In this document: piece by piece, positions 48,757 to 59,402 of the stretch
Numbering within the stretch: position 1 is the stretch's first letter
Layout: the number at the start of each line of letters is the position of its first letter
DNA from: an uncultured Chloroflexia bacterium
Lineage (GTDB): Bacteria > Chloroflexota > Anaerolineae > JAAYZQ01
DNA: 64,000 bases
Direction of reading: 5' to 3'
Assembly: GCA_963701775.1 (NCBI GenBank)
Contig: CAVPBH010000017.1
Location: 128,729-192,728, forward strand
The notes under the pieces: model-generated
Databases searched by the model: none
What the model was told of the DNA's origin: nothing
The model's input: only the letters and a program-made list of their open reading frames with translations
Program-made: the position numbers and the translations under genes

Positions 48757-50460
48757 CTAGAAGTACTGCTCGCGGCGGGGCCGGCGGCGCAGGTCCCAGG
48801 CGAGCGCCGCGGCTGCGATCAGGGTCCCGGCAGCCAGACCGCTCACGGGCACGACGGGAAAGGCCGGCGGCTGCCCGGCATTCACCTCGAACGCATCCAC
48901 GTTGGAAAACCTGTTTCCACTGACCGTCAGCCGCAGCACGTGCTGGCCGGGCGCCAGGCCCGAGGCGATGGGCAGGCGTACCTGCCACGCCATGGTCGGG
49001 GCCTGCAGGTCAATGTAAGAGCGGCCCTGGTCGTCGCCGGGCAGGCCGTCGACGTTGCGGCCGTCCAGGGTCACCAGAAGCCGCCCGCCGCGCGGGTCCT
49101 GGCGGGCGATCAGGTCCACCGAGTGGCCGCGGAAGGTGAAGGTGACGCTGGCATCGATTGCGTCGTTCTCGAGCATAGACTGCCCGCTGGCCTCAGCGGC
49201 GATGATCTTGCGCCAGCCGGCGTCGACCGAGACTGAAGGGTTGGTCTCCTCAAAGTGCCCCGCCGAAGCCACGGCCAGGCCGGGGGTGGCGTCGCGCACG
49301 CCGTCGTAGACCCGGCGCGGGGTAAAGTCGACGTCGACCACGCGAAAGTAGTAGGCAGGCTCTTCCGGCGTGTACTGCTGGCCCGTCTGGCGGAAGTACC
49401 AGATGTTAAAGACCCCCACCCAGGGCCAATTCGCCCGGCCGTACTCGATACCCTGCAGGAGGTATTCGGCCTGCTCTTCCTCGCTGACCCGCTTCCAGGT
49501 CAGCTCTTCCTCGGTAAAGGTATCGGGCGCCGCGTTCCAGCCATACTCGTTGATCCACACCGCCTTGCCGCCGTCGCCGTTGCGCTCCATGATCGCGCGC
49601 TGCAGCTCCACCCGGCGGAAGTTCAGCACCTCGGGGTCAGGCGGATCGGCTGGCGGAAGGTCAAAGCCGAAGGCGTTGGTCGAGAGGATGTCAAAGCTGT
49701 CCTTGGCGCCTGCCTCGTACATCGCCTCCAGGTAATCGAGGTCGGACATCGAGCGCCATTTGCCCGCCTCTGGGTGAGGCTCGCCCAGCGTCTCGGCCAA
49801 GGGGGCGGAGAGCACGTAGACGTCGGGGTCTGCCTCTTTGGCCCGCTCGAAGGCGATTTGGAGCATCTCGACGTAGGCAGCCGGGTCGACGGGCTGCTCG
49901 CCCCACTCGGGATAGATGTTCGGCTCATTCCAAATCTGGATGTACTGCACCTGCCCGGAGTAGTGCTCGACAAAGGCGTAGACAAAGTCCCCGAAATCTT
50001 CCATGTCGAAGGGCGGGGTCTCGGCGCGGCTGCCGGCAGGGCGGGCCCACGCCGGCGCTCGATCCAGGCGGGCGATGACCTGGATGCCGCGGCTCCGGTA
50101 GAGGTCGACGATTTCGTCGAACTTGGCCCAACTGGGGTCGCCCGTGACAGAGTTGATGAACTCGCCTTTGCGCAGCGGCTCAATCTCGGCCCAGGAGAAT
50201 TCCTGCTTGGCCCAGCCGATGCCGGCCGCCTGGGCCATCTCGACCGTTCGCTCTCTCTTCCAGGGCTCGACCTCGCGCGCGAGGAAAAAGTTGGCGCCGT
50301 AGGGGTTGACGTCCGTGTTGGGGATCGCGCGCGCCGGAGCGAATTCCTTGTCGGTCGAGCTGCTGGAGATCGCGAAGCGGATCAGGAAAAAGCCCAGCAG
50401 CCCGGCCAACAGGGCCAGTACGGCGATGAGCGCTACCGTCCGAAATCGCAGCCGCGACAT
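48757..50460 (-). CDS. GH5-like (clan GH-A) glycoside hydrolase, N-terminal membrane anchor and C-terminal hydrophobic/basic tail
   Basis: IQIWNEPN (acid/base Glu) and WINEYGW (nucleophile Glu). N-terminal TM. The C-terminus ...PVVPVSGLAAGTLIAAAALAWDLRRRPRREQYF resembles a sorting-signal or anchor. Confidence 0.65.
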   Translation of the reverse strand: MSRLRFRTVALIAVLALLAGLLGFFLIRFAISSSSTDKEFAPARAIPNTDVNPYGANFFLAREVEPWKRERTVEMAQAAGIGWAKQEFSWAEIEPLRKGEFINSVTGDPSWAKFDEIVDLYRSRGIQVIARLDRAPAWARPAGSRAETPPFDMEDFGDFVYAFVEHYSGQVQYIQIWNEPNIYPEWGEQPVDPAAYVEMLQIAFERAKEADPDVYVLSAPLAETLGEPHPEAGKWRSMSDLDYLEAMYEAGAKDSFDILSTNAFGFDLPPADPPDPEVLNFRRVELQRAIMERNGDGGKAVWINEYGWNAAPDTFTEEELTWKRVSEEEQAEYLLQGIEYGRANWPWVGVFNIWYFRQTGQQYTPEEPAYYFRVVDVDFTPRRVYDGVRDATPGLAVASAGHFEETNPSVSVDAGWRKIIAAEASGQSMLENDAIDASVTFTFRGHSVDLIARQDPRGGRLLVTLDGRNVDGLPGDDQGRSYIDLQAPTMAWQVRLPIASGLAPGQHVLRLTVSGNRFSNVDAFEVNAGQPPAFPVVPVSGLAAGTLIAAAALAWDLRRRPRREQYF

Positions 50461-50469
50461 GCTGGATGT

Positions 50470-51042
50470 CTAGGGGCTAGTGGATGACTCGACGGCCATT
50501 CCATTGCTCTGCCAGGAGCCAAAGCCGCCCAGCAGGGTTTTGACGTTGGTGACGCCCAGCTCGATGAGTCTTGTTGCCACACGGGCACTCTGCTGTTCCT
50601 GGCTTCAGGTACAGTACAGGACCAACAGCGTGTCCTTGGGCAGCTCGGTATACTGCTCGTCGATCGTTTCTTCCGGGAAGGAGACGGCCCCAACCGCGTG
50701 CGACTGGTCATACGACGCCTGGGACCGCACATCTACCAGCACCGCCTTGCCCTTGTCCATCAACTCCACCGTCTGCTTCACCGAGACCCGCTCGATGCTT
50801 GGGAAAGGAATCGTCGTGGTGGGGTTCGGCTGGGCCGTGACCACGGGCACCGATAGGGTGTTCTGGATCGCGCCGGTCGTAACGGGTGCCTGCCGTTTTT
50901 CGGAGAGGACGATGGCGAAGACGATAAAGGCCACGACCACCAGGCCGACGAGGATAGGCAGGACGAGCGACCCAGCGCCTCCTGACGGCTGCTTCCCTTT
51001 GCGAGAGATGGGACGGGACTGCGAGCGTTTCTTGTTGCTCAT
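50470..51042 (-). CDS. membrane-anchored rhodanese-like protein with in-frame TGA at 50605-50607 (pseudogene, Sec/read-through candidate, or base error)
   Basis: MSNKKR... TM ...VLVDVRSQASYDQSHAVGAVSFPEETIDEQYTELPKDTLLVLYCT-TGA-SQEQQSARVATRLIELGVTNVKTLLGGFGSWQSNGMAVESSTSP. The continuation is in frame and rhodanese-like. Confidence 0.6.
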
Positions 51043-51117
51043 GTGGTATCCCCTTTGCTAGGCTGAACGCCCATTATACAGAACAGGGGCCGGGAGCGCA
51101 AGAAAGGCTTCGAGGTG

Positions 51118-51156
51118 AATAACAAGACATCCGAAGTCTCCAAGACTTCGGATGTC
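51118..51156 (-). terminator. rho-independent terminator of rpoD
   Basis: On the minus strand: GAGACATCCGAAGTCTtggAGACTTCGGATGTCTTGTTATT. A 14-bp stem with a U-rich tail. A TATAAT for the next gene follows. Confidence 0.7.
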
Positions 51157-51179
51157 TCAACCCTGTTGCGATTCGAACG

Positions 51180-52406
51180 CTAGGTGAGAAAGTCGCGCAG
51201 CTTTCGGCTGCGGCTGGGATGGCGCAGCCGGCCCAGCGCCTGGGCCTCGATCTGGCGAATCCGCTCGCGGGTGACGCCGAACTTTTTTCCCACCTCTTCG
51301 AGAGTGTAGGCATAGCCGTCCACCAGGCCAAAGCGCAATTGCAGGATGCGCACCTCGCGCGGAGTGAGCGACGAGAAGATCGAGTCGATCTGCTCCCGGA
51401 GAAGCTGGTGCGAGGCCTGGTCGGTCGGCGATGGCGCTTCGCTGTCCTCGATAAAGTCGCCCAGGAAGCTATCGTCTTCCTCGCCGACCGGCATTTCCAG
51501 GGAGAGCGGCCGCTGCGAGACCTTGATGGTGCGCTCCACCTTCTTGGCGGTCACGCCTAGCTCGCCCGCGATCTCTTCCATGGTGGGATCGCGTCCTAGC
51601 TCCTGGACCAACTGGCGCGAGACGCGCGCCAGGCGGTTGATCTGCTCGTACATGTGCACCGGCACGCGGATGGTGCGGCCTTGGTCGGCGATGGCCCGCG
51701 TCACTGCCTGGCGGATCCACCATGTGGCGTAGGTGGAGAACTTGTACCCGCGGTGATAGTCGAACTTTTTCACTGCGCGGATCAGGCCAATGTTCCCCTC
51801 CTGGATCAGGTCCAGGAAAGGCACCCCACGTCCCACGTACTTCTTGGCTACGCTCACCACCAGGCGCGAGTTGGCCTTGATCAGGTGCTCTTTGGCCGCC
51901 TTGCCGTCGCGGATGATCTCCCTTAGCCTTTGGCGCTCGTCCTGCGACAATCTTCCATCTTTGCTGAGGTTCCTCTTGGCATCCCGGGCGGCCTCCATGC
52001 GCTTGGCCAGGGACACTTCCTGTTCGGCCGTGAGCAGCGGAATCCGCCCGATTTCTTTCAGGTAAAGGCTGATCGAATCGTCTACGTCGATGGCCGAGAG
52101 ATCCAGATCCGCCGGTGAGCTCTGCACGATATCGACCTCTTTCCTTACTTCTTCCTCTACTACGATGACCGGCTCGACAAGTTCTGTATCACTGATCTCG
52201 ATACCACGCTCAATAAGCGCAGCCAAGGCATCCTCCAGTTGCTCAATGTTCAGCTCAGCCTCGGGGATCGCCTTCATGAGGTCGTCGTACGTGACGTAGC
52301 CTTGGCTTCCCCCAAGACCCAACAACATCTCGATCGGGCTTGGCTCTTCCTCTACGTTTTCGGGAGTCGCAGAGTTGCTCTCTTGCTCCAATTCTACCTC
52401 CGCCAA
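51180..52406 (-). CDS. rpoD: primary RNA polymerase sigma factor SigA/RpoD
   Basis: Regions 1.2-4 are present: [70 protein letters not shown]. Confidence 0.95.
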   Translation of the reverse strand: MAEVELEQESNSATPENVEEEPSPIEMLLGLGGSQGYVTYDDLMKAIPEAELNIEQLEDALAALIERGIEISDTELVEPVIVVEEEVRKEVDIVQSSPADLDLSAIDVDDSISLYLKEIGRIPLLTAEQEVSLAKRMEAARDAKRNLSKDGRLSQDERQRLREIIRDGKAAKEHLIKANSRLVVSVAKKYVGRGVPFLDLIQEGNIGLIRAVKKFDYHRGYKFSTYATWWIRQAVTRAIADQGRTIRVPVHMYEQINRLARVSRQLVQELGRDPTMEEIAGELGVTAKKVERTIKVSQRPLSLEMPVGEEDDSFLGDFIEDSEAPSPTDQASHQLLREQIDSIFSSLTPREVRILQLRFGLVDGYAYTLEEVGKKFGVTRERIRQIEAQALGRLRHPSRSRKLRDFLT

Positions 52407-52636
52407 CCTAGGCCACCTCCTATGCCGCTAGAGAGTCGGCGTTGCCAGATCTCAAGACCTGCCGTCCTTTGGCTGACAATTCGTATGCTGTGCATAGTAT
52501 ACCACGGAATTTGAAGAAGGGAAGACCCCAGTTTCGGGCACTTGGCATAGGGTAGACTCGACGAACGATCGGAAAACTGAGGAAGAATACCACGCATAGA
52601 TTAATAGAACATGAACGAGAGATTAAAAAACGTTCA

Positions 52637-52665
52637 TTTGACAAGCCTTGGGAGCTCCTGTAAAA
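52637..52665 (+). promoter_or_regulatory. hppA promoter (TTGACA-17-TAAAAT)
   Basis: Consensus -35 and near-consensus -10, about 40 nt upstream of ATG 52705. Confidence 0.5.
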
Positions 52666-52704
52666 TAGCCCGATATCTCACTTCAACGAGGAGGATTCAT
52701 CGCA

Positions 52705-54983
52705 ATGGGGGACCTCAATGGTTTGGAGCAAGGGATGCTCTGGGGCGTCATCGTCGTGGCGTTCATCAGCTTGGCGATATGCCTACTGGCTGTGGCGCGA
52801 CACGCTGCGACGGGACAAGGGCACCCAGGCCATGCAGAAGGTGTGGAGCGCCATCAAGGTCGGCGCCAACGCCTATCTGGGGCGGCAGCTGCGCACGATC
52901 CTGCCTATCCTGGGCGTGCTGGCCGTGGCGCTCTTCTTCAGCGTCTACGTGGTCAAGCCGAGTGCCCAGGCACTGGAGATGTTCGGCGGCAACGTGCAGG
53001 CAGCACGGCTGGGCATCGGCTTTGGGCGCATGCTCGCCTTCATCGCCGGGGCCCTGTTCTCGACCCTGGTCGGGCAGCTTGGCATGCGCGTCGCCATCGA
53101 GGGCAACATCCGCGTCGCAGCCATGGCGGTCAAGGAGAACTACAACGGGGCGCTGACGGTCGCCTACCGGGCCGGCACCTTCACCGGCATGCTGACCGAC
53201 GGCTTGGGCCTGCTGGGCGGCACGATCATCTTCATGATCTTTGGCAAGGCGGCCCCCGATGCCCTGTTGGGCTTTGGCTTTGGCGGCACCCTGGTCGCCC
53301 TCTTCATGAGGATCGGGGGAGGTATCTACACCAAGGCGGCCGACGTGGGCGCCGACCTGGTGGGCAAGGTGGAGCAGGGCCTGCCCGAGGATGACCCGCG
53401 CAACGCGGCCGTCGTGGCCGACCTGGTGGGCGACAACGTGGGCGACTGCGCCGGTATGGCCGCCGACATCTTTGAGAGCTACGAGGTCACCATCGTTTCG
53501 ACGCTGATCTTGGGCCTCTTCTTGTACGGCATGACCGGCCACATACAGCTGGATTGTCTACCCGCTGATCGTGCGTGCCATCGGCGTCATCTCCTCGATC
53601 ATGGGCACCTTCACGGTCCCCATCTGGGAAAAGTTCCCGATCAAGTTCCTGCGGGCCAAGGACGCCGAGGGGGCCATGTTCCGATCCTACGAGGTGTCCT
53701 CGATCAATACTGTCGTCTGGGCCTTTGTCTTCTCCATCCTCTATGCCCAGGAGTGGCAGTTGGCCACGCTCAACGCCATTGGTGTGGGTCTGGCCGTGGC
53801 CTTTAACCCGCTGACCTCCCTCTTTACCTCGATCAAGAAGAAGCCGGTGCGCGAGATCGCCGAATCGACCCAGACCGGCTCGGCTACCACCATCCTCTCG
53901 GGCCTGGCGGTGGGTATGGAGGCCAGTGTGTGGAGCCTGGTGGCCATCGTCGTGGCATTGGCCGCCAGTTACCTGATCTTTCGCAACGACGGCTTGATCT
54001 ATACGCTCTACGGTGTGGCGATGGTCGGCATTGGCATGCTGTCCCACACCGGCAACAACGTGGCCATGGATGCCTTTGGGCCGATCTCGGACAATGCCAA
54101 CGGCATCGGCGAAATGGCCCACGTCGGCAAAAAGGCCTGGAAGATCCTGGCCGAGCTGGACGCCGTGGGCAACACCACCAAGGCGATCACCAAGCAGATC
54201 GCCATCGCCTCGGCCGTGATCGCTGCGACCTCCCTCTTCTTCTCTTTCGTGGCGGACGCCCTGACGCTGCCCTTTGGTGGCTTGGAGGGGATGGGGGTTG
54301 AGCAGTTCCTGAAGCTGCTCGACCAGGGCATCCCGGTCTCGACTCTGACGGGGACCATCGGCTTCCTGCTGGGCGGCGCCTTGCCCTTCATCTTCTCGGC
54401 CTTTTCCCTGCGCGCCGTAGCCCGCGGCGCCAACCTGGTCGTGCACGAAGTGCGCAAGCAGTTCAAGGTCAAGGGTGTGCTGGAGGGCACGGTAACCCCG
54501 GACTATGGCAAGGTGGTCGGCATTACCACGGCCGCCGCGCAGAAAGAGCTGGTCCCCTTGGTGGCCCTCTCGGTAGCCCTGCCGCTCCTGGTGGGCGTTC
54601 TCTTCGATGTCAAGGCGCTGGGAGCCTTCCTGGCCGGCGTGATCCTGAGCGGCCAGTTGATGGCCGTCTTTATGGCCATTGCGGGTGGAGCGTTGGACAA
54701 CGCCAAGAAGTACGTCGAGGATGGGCACTTTGGCGGCAAGGGGTCGCCTGCCCACAAGGCTGCCGTGGAGGGAGACACCGTCGGCGATCCGCTCAAGGAC
54801 ACCGCCGGGCCGGCGCTCAACCCGATGATCAAGGTCGTCAATCTGATCAGCCTGCTGGCCGCACCACTGATCGTGGAGGGCCAGGGCAAGCCGGGCATGT
54901 ACGTCGCCCTGGTTATCTTGGCCGCCATCGTGCTCTGGTCCATCTGGCAGAGCAAGCGGGACGTCGTGCCTGGGATGGGGTAG
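52705..54983 (+). CDS. hppA: K+-insensitive H+-translocating pyrophosphatase (V-PPase)
   Basis: GGGIYTKAADVGADLVGKVE and DNVGDCAGMAADIFESY motifs, ...GDTVGDPLKDTAGPALNPMIK. Three ORF pieces (52705, 52718, 53571 frames) join with apparent indels near 52795 and 53545. Confidence 0.9.
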
Positions 54984-55043
54984 AACCGCTGAGCAAGTGA
55001 GGGGTCTGAGGGCGCTGAACGTCCGTGCCCTCAGACCCTGTTT

Positions 55044-56276
55044 TTATTGTGCGATGACGCGGTGATACCGCTTCTTGCCGGCCCGCAGCAGGATCGCCCC
55101 GTCCTGCAAGTGCTCGGCCGTGATGCGATCGTCCACGCCGGCAACCGGCACGTCATTCACGTAGGCGCCTCCCTGCTGGATCAGCCGCCGGGCGTCGGCG
55201 CGTGACGAGCAGAGCCCGACCCGGAAAAAGAGGTCGGGGGCCGGGATCCCGGCTGCCAGCTCGGCCGGCTCCAGCTCGGTGGAAGGCAGGGCATCCCCTG
55301 CGACGCCTCCGCCAAAGAGCCGGCGCGATGCCTCCCGCGCCTCTACGGCCGCGGCCTCCCCGTGCAGGATCTTGGTCGCCTCGAAGGCCAGCACTTCCTT
55401 GGCCTGCCGGCTGTCGGCGCCTGCCAGCCGGCCCAGGTCCCTCACCTGGTCCATGGGCAGGAAGGTGAAGAGGGCAAGGAAGCGGCCGGTGTCGGCATCC
55501 TCCGCGTTGATCCAGAACTGGTAGTACTGGAAAGGCGACAGCATCTCCGGATCCAGCCAAATCGCTCCCTTGGCCGTTTTTCCCATCTTGGCGCCCGACC
55601 CGGTCGTGATCAGCGGGAAGGTGGCCGCCAAGACCTCGGCGCCGTCTTCCCGCCGGATCAGGTCGGCGCCGGCCAGGATATTGCCCCACTGGTCGTTGCC
55701 GCCCATCTGGAGGGTGCAGCCAAAGGTGCGGTACAGGTGCAAAAAGTCGTAGGCCTGCAGCAGCATGTAGTTGAACTCGAGAAAGTTCAGCCCGCCTTCG
55801 CCTTCGTAGCGCACGCGGTACGACTCGGCGGCCAGCATGCGGTTCACGGAAAAGTGCAGGCCGATGCTGCGCAGAAACTGCACGTAGTTGAGCGATCTCA
55901 GCCAGTCTGCGTTGTTGAACATCAGGCCCCGGCCCTCGGAAAAGTCGAGCAGGCCGGCGAGCTGCACCTTGAGCGACTCGACGTTGGCATCGACCTTGTC
56001 CAGGGGCAGCAGCTTGCGCATCTCGGTCTTGCCGCTGGGATCGCCTACCATGCCGGTGCCGCCGCCGACGATGGCAATGATGCGGTGGCCGTGGCGCTGC
56101 ATGTGCGCCAAGGCCATGATCGGCACCAGGCTGCCCACGTGAAAGCTGGGGCCGCTCGGATCAAAGCCCACGTAGCAGGTGACGGGCTTTTCCAGTGCGG
56201 CGCGCAGGCCCACCGCATCGGATACCTGCTCGATGAAGCCGCGCTCCGATAGGACGTCAAACACATTCTCTTCCAT
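55044..56276 (-). CDS. tyrS: tyrosine--tRNA ligase
   Basis: Start at MEENVFDVLSERGFIEQV. HIGH-type motif (PSGPSFHVGSL), KMSKS-type (KMGKT), and a C-terminal S4 domain. Confidence 0.95.
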   Translation of the reverse strand: MEENVFDVLSERGFIEQVSDAVGLRAALEKPVTCYVGFDPSGPSFHVGSLVPIMALAHMQRHGHRIIAIVGGGTGMVGDPSGKTEMRKLLPLDKVDANVESLKVQLAGLLDFSEGRGLMFNNADWLRSLNYVQFLRSIGLHFSVNRMLAAESYRVRYEGEGGLNFLEFNYMLLQAYDFLHLYRTFGCTLQMGGNDQWGNILAGADLIRREDGAEVLAATFPLITTGSGAKMGKTAKGAIWLDPEMLSPFQYYQFWINAEDADTGRFLALFTFLPMDQVRDLGRLAGADSRQAKEVLAFEATKILHGEAAAVEAREASRRLFGGGVAGDALPSTELEPAELAAGIPAPDLFFRVGLCSSRADARRLIQQGGAYVNDVPVAGVDDRITAEHLQDGAILLRAGKKRYHRVIAQ

Positions 56277-56543
56277 CTCTCGCTCCTTTCCGCCGGACAA
56301 AAAAGCAGCCCCGGTCTCGATCACCGGGGCTGTCGTGGCTCTGCACTGGACCGGCCAGTGCCCTCTCAAGCAATAGCCGGCTGCCCCGGGATCCTCGCGT
56401 ACGAATCGTACCGCTCACAGCGATAGAGCGGCTGACGTTGAGAGCCCCTGTGGCCGGTGCCCGAAGGCAGGGCGGCGCGAACGGCAACTTGCATCTGGTT
56501 CCTCACGCGTGCGAGTATACCATACATGCCCAAACTGCGTCAA
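56277..56543 (-). promoter_or_regulatory. tyrS leader: promoter (TTGACG-18-tgGTATACT) + roughly 230-nt leader ending in intrinsic terminator; T-box riboswitch candidate
   Basis: -35 at fwd 56538-56543, -10 at fwd 56514-56519. The leader contains UAC (Tyr) codons (GGUACGAUUCGUACG). The terminator sits directly before the RBS ggaaaggag. The T-box consensus is only weakly recognisable. Confidence 0.4.
56299..56334 (-). terminator. leader terminator/attenuator hairpin upstream of tyrS
   Basis: On the minus strand: CAGCCCCGGUgaucgagACCGGGGCUG followed by CUUUUUUG, 15 nt before the tyrS RBS. Confidence 0.7.
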
Positions 56544-56734
56544 ATCCGCTCTTTGACCGTTGACTGGCTCCGCGCCCATGCCCACTCGATATCGAGTAGA
56601 CCTTGAGGTATCATGTGTCCTTGACAGAGTGGCAGAGCTGTTGTATCGTGCAGGCAGGAACCCCATCCTTTTGTCCTGTGAAGGGGCAGCAACCATTATA
56701 CGGGAAGGCTTCAGAACTGCAAGGAGGTTGGTCC

Positions 56735-57286
56735 ATGGAACTGCAGGTCGATTTCCACGTGCCCGAGGCCGAACAGGTCGTGAGGGAGCGGATCCAGAGC
56801 CACTTTACCCAGGCCGGCTATTCACCTGCCGGGACCGGCGCCCTCGAGTTCCGGCGGGGCTCGGCCCTGGGCTCTATGACGTCGTTCTCGCCCCGCAAGT
56901 GGCAGGCGAAGGCCCGGGTTAGGGTCACCCCCATCGATGCCGGCACCACGTCTGTGGCCGCCATCTTCTCGGTCAACACCACGGGCCAGTGGGTGACCGA
57001 CAAGGAGCGCGCGGTGTGGCAGGCCGAAGTGGACGCCTTCCGTGGGTCCGTGGCCTCCGGGGAGGTGTCTACCGAGGCCGTACAAAGGGCCTCCGCCGCC
57101 GTCAAGGGCAACACGGCACGCGCGATCCTGGTGTTCATGGCGGTCAGCCTGGTGGTGGGCCTTGTCATCGGGTTAGGCGGGGTCATTCTCACAGGCAAGA
57201 GTATCTTCGCCAGCGTGGGCACTGTGGTCGGCCTGCTGGCCGGCTATGCGGTGATCCAGCGTTTCTACGGAGTGAACAGGCAGTAG
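56735..57286 (+). CDS. hypothetical protein with C-terminal TM anchor
   Basis: Start at MELQVDFHVPEAEQ after RBS aaggagg. The C-terminus has ILVFMAVSLVVGLVIGLGGVIL (TM). Confidence 0.5.
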   Translation: MELQVDFHVPEAEQVVRERIQSHFTQAGYSPAGTGALEFRRGSALGSMTSFSPRKWQAKARVRVTPIDAGTTSVAAIFSVNTTGQWVTDKERAVWQAEVDAFRGSVASGEVSTEAVQRASAAVKGNTARAILVFMAVSLVVGLVIGLGGVILTGKSIFASVGTVVGLLAGYAVIQRFYGVNRQ

Positions 57287-57309
57287 GGACGAGCATCGTC
57301 CCTACTGCC
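57279..57309. terminator. 31-bp palindromic hairpin between convergent genes (possible bidirectional terminator)
   Basis: GGCAGTAGGGACGAgcaTCGTCCCTACTGCC. Overlaps the stop codon of the + gene. No clear U-tract. Confidence 0.4.
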
Positions 57310-57323
57310 TGTGGACATACCCG

Positions 57324-59325
57324 CTAGCCCTGCGTGAGCTTGGCGTCTTCTTCCTTCGCGACGCGATGGCCCTCCTTCACGTCGACGAAGAGCAGCAGCA
57401 CGATGCCGACGATGAAGAAGGCGATCAGGCTCAGCACCGCCGGCCGGCTGCTGTTGAAGAGGATCCCCGCCGCGGCAAACAGCAGCGGCCCCAGCAGCGA
57501 CGAGAACTTTTCCATGATCGCAAAGAGCCCAAAGAACTCGCCGCTCTTGGCCGCCGGCGACAGGTGCGCGTACATGCTGCGGCTGAGGGCCTGGCTGCCG
57601 CCCTGCACGACCGCAACCATCCACGCCAGGAACCAGAACTCGATGACCGAGTCCAGGAAAAAGCCCCAGACGGCGATGGCGGCATAGACGATCAGCGCTA
57701 GGATGATGCTCGTCCGGGTGTCCAACCGGGCCGCCAGCTTGCCGAAAAGCGGCTTGCCCAGCAGCCATGCCAGTGCGAAGCCAATCGCCTCCAGTGCCAC
57801 CACGAGTCCGATGACCACGCCCAAGTTGCTCTTGCGGATTGGCGGCAGGACGCTGACCTGGGCCAGGGCCATGACCGTACCCTGGCTCTTGGCATCCTTC
57901 GTGCCGGTATTGATCAGGCTCAGCGTATGGACGCCCGGCGCGCCGGCCTGGAGCTTGGTGCGCACCCCGTAGCGTACCGTCTCGTTGTAGCCGTTGATCG
58001 TCAGCGGGCCGCCGGTCTCGTCGTCGATCAGTGGCTCGCCGTCGATCTCCACCGCCCAGATGCCCCGGTCGGGGCCGGTGCTGTAGATCATCTCGACCTT
58101 CTGGCCGTTGAAGGCCAGGTCTGCCCGCGCCCCGGGCTCCGCCGTCGTGGCATACAGCACGTCCGCGTCCTCGCGCACCACTTTGGCCGAGATGGTCTCG
58201 CTCTTCCATGTGCCGGTGTAGTCCAGCGCGGCGTCGCCGGCCGGGAAGGTGCCTTCGCCCACGGCTGTGGCGGTGGCTTCGTAGGCGGGCAGGGGGGCGC
58301 CGGAGAGGGTGCCGGGCAGCACGTACCGGCCGCCGATGCCGGCGAGCGGCAGGGCGACCAGGCTGAACAGGATAAAGGCCAGGTAGACGGGCCGCCGCCG
58401 GGCTGCCTTGCTCGATGGGTCCTCGCCCTCCCGTACCGGCAGGCTGCCAAAGATCAGGGCGTAGGGGCCGGCCACGAACTGGACCAGCAGAAGCGCCAGG
58501 ATGAGCTCTATGGTGCCAAAGCCCAGCTCTGCGCCATAGATGGCTGCCACGCCGATGATCGTGCCGATGCCGTCGTTGTAGATGAGGAAGGCGATCAGGT
58601 ACTTGAACAGCTCCTTGTAGCGGCGGATGTCGCCAAAGGTTCCTGCTATCCGCCGGAAGCTCGCGGTCCAGACGCTCTCACCGGGCTTGAGGGCCTCCGT
58701 GGCGGTGGGCGGTTCTGGCACGCGGCGGAAGAGGGGGATGGAAAAGACGGCCCACCAGATGGCCACGCTCAGGAACGACAGCCGCGAGCCCCAGTTGTTG
58801 CCCAGGGTGAAAATCATCACCACGTTGACCGCCAGCAGGATGCCACCGCCCAGGTAGCCGAGCGCATAGCCCCGCGCCGAAACCCGGTCCCGGTCGTCTT
58901 CTCGGGCGACATGGGGCAGCAAGCGCGTCGTAGAAGGTGATCGAGCCGTTGAACCCCACCCGGCCCAGGATGGCCAGGATCGAGGCCAGCAGCCAGTCGC
59001 CGGTACTGACCAGCACCAGCAGGGCCGTCCCCAGGATGCCCAGGCCGGCAAAGATGGCAAGGAACCGTTTCTTGCCGCGCATTACGTCGGACACCGTGCC
59101 CAGGATCGGGGAAAGGATGGCCACGATCAGGAGCGAGATGGTCAGGCCCAGGCTCCAGTAGGCAGTAGCCCGGGCTTCGCTGGGCAGGGTGGCCCCCGCC
59201 ACCCCGCTGTAGTAGACGGGCAGCACGGCCGCCAGGATGGTCGTGGCAAAGGCCGAGTTGGCCCAGTCGTACCAGCACCAGCCGTTGACCACACGGTTGT
59301 AGCTCTTCTGCTCACTACTCGTCAT
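57324..59325 (-). CDS. MFS transporter, UMF1/Atg22-like family, with inserted extracytoplasmic domain
   Basis: N-terminus MTSSEQKSYNRVVNGWCWYDWANSAFATTIL (UMF1 signature). An apparent indel near 58930 joins the ORF 58678-59325 to 57324-59060. A roughly 190-aa soluble insert lies between TM halves. Confidence 0.75.
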
Positions 59326-59402
59326 TGAGGCCTCCGTTTTTCTGCTTTGATGCGCCTGTTATCAGATACCGGACGTACGGGCGGCCAGAGAGGGTCGCCC
59401 CT

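Noticed and set aside
50560-50610. SECIS element downstream of the rhodanese TGA.
   Set aside because: Only a weak 4-5 bp stem (UGCC...GGCA) could be drawn, which is far from a bacterial SECIS. A Sec interpretation is kept only as a low-probability alternative.
52596-52642. LexA-box-like strings upstream of hppA (AGAACATGAACG ... AACGTTCAT).
   Set aside because: The half-sites are not arranged as GAAC-N4-GTTC. They form a different 7-bp inverted repeat with a 13-nt spacer that lies upstream of the -35, not over the promoter.
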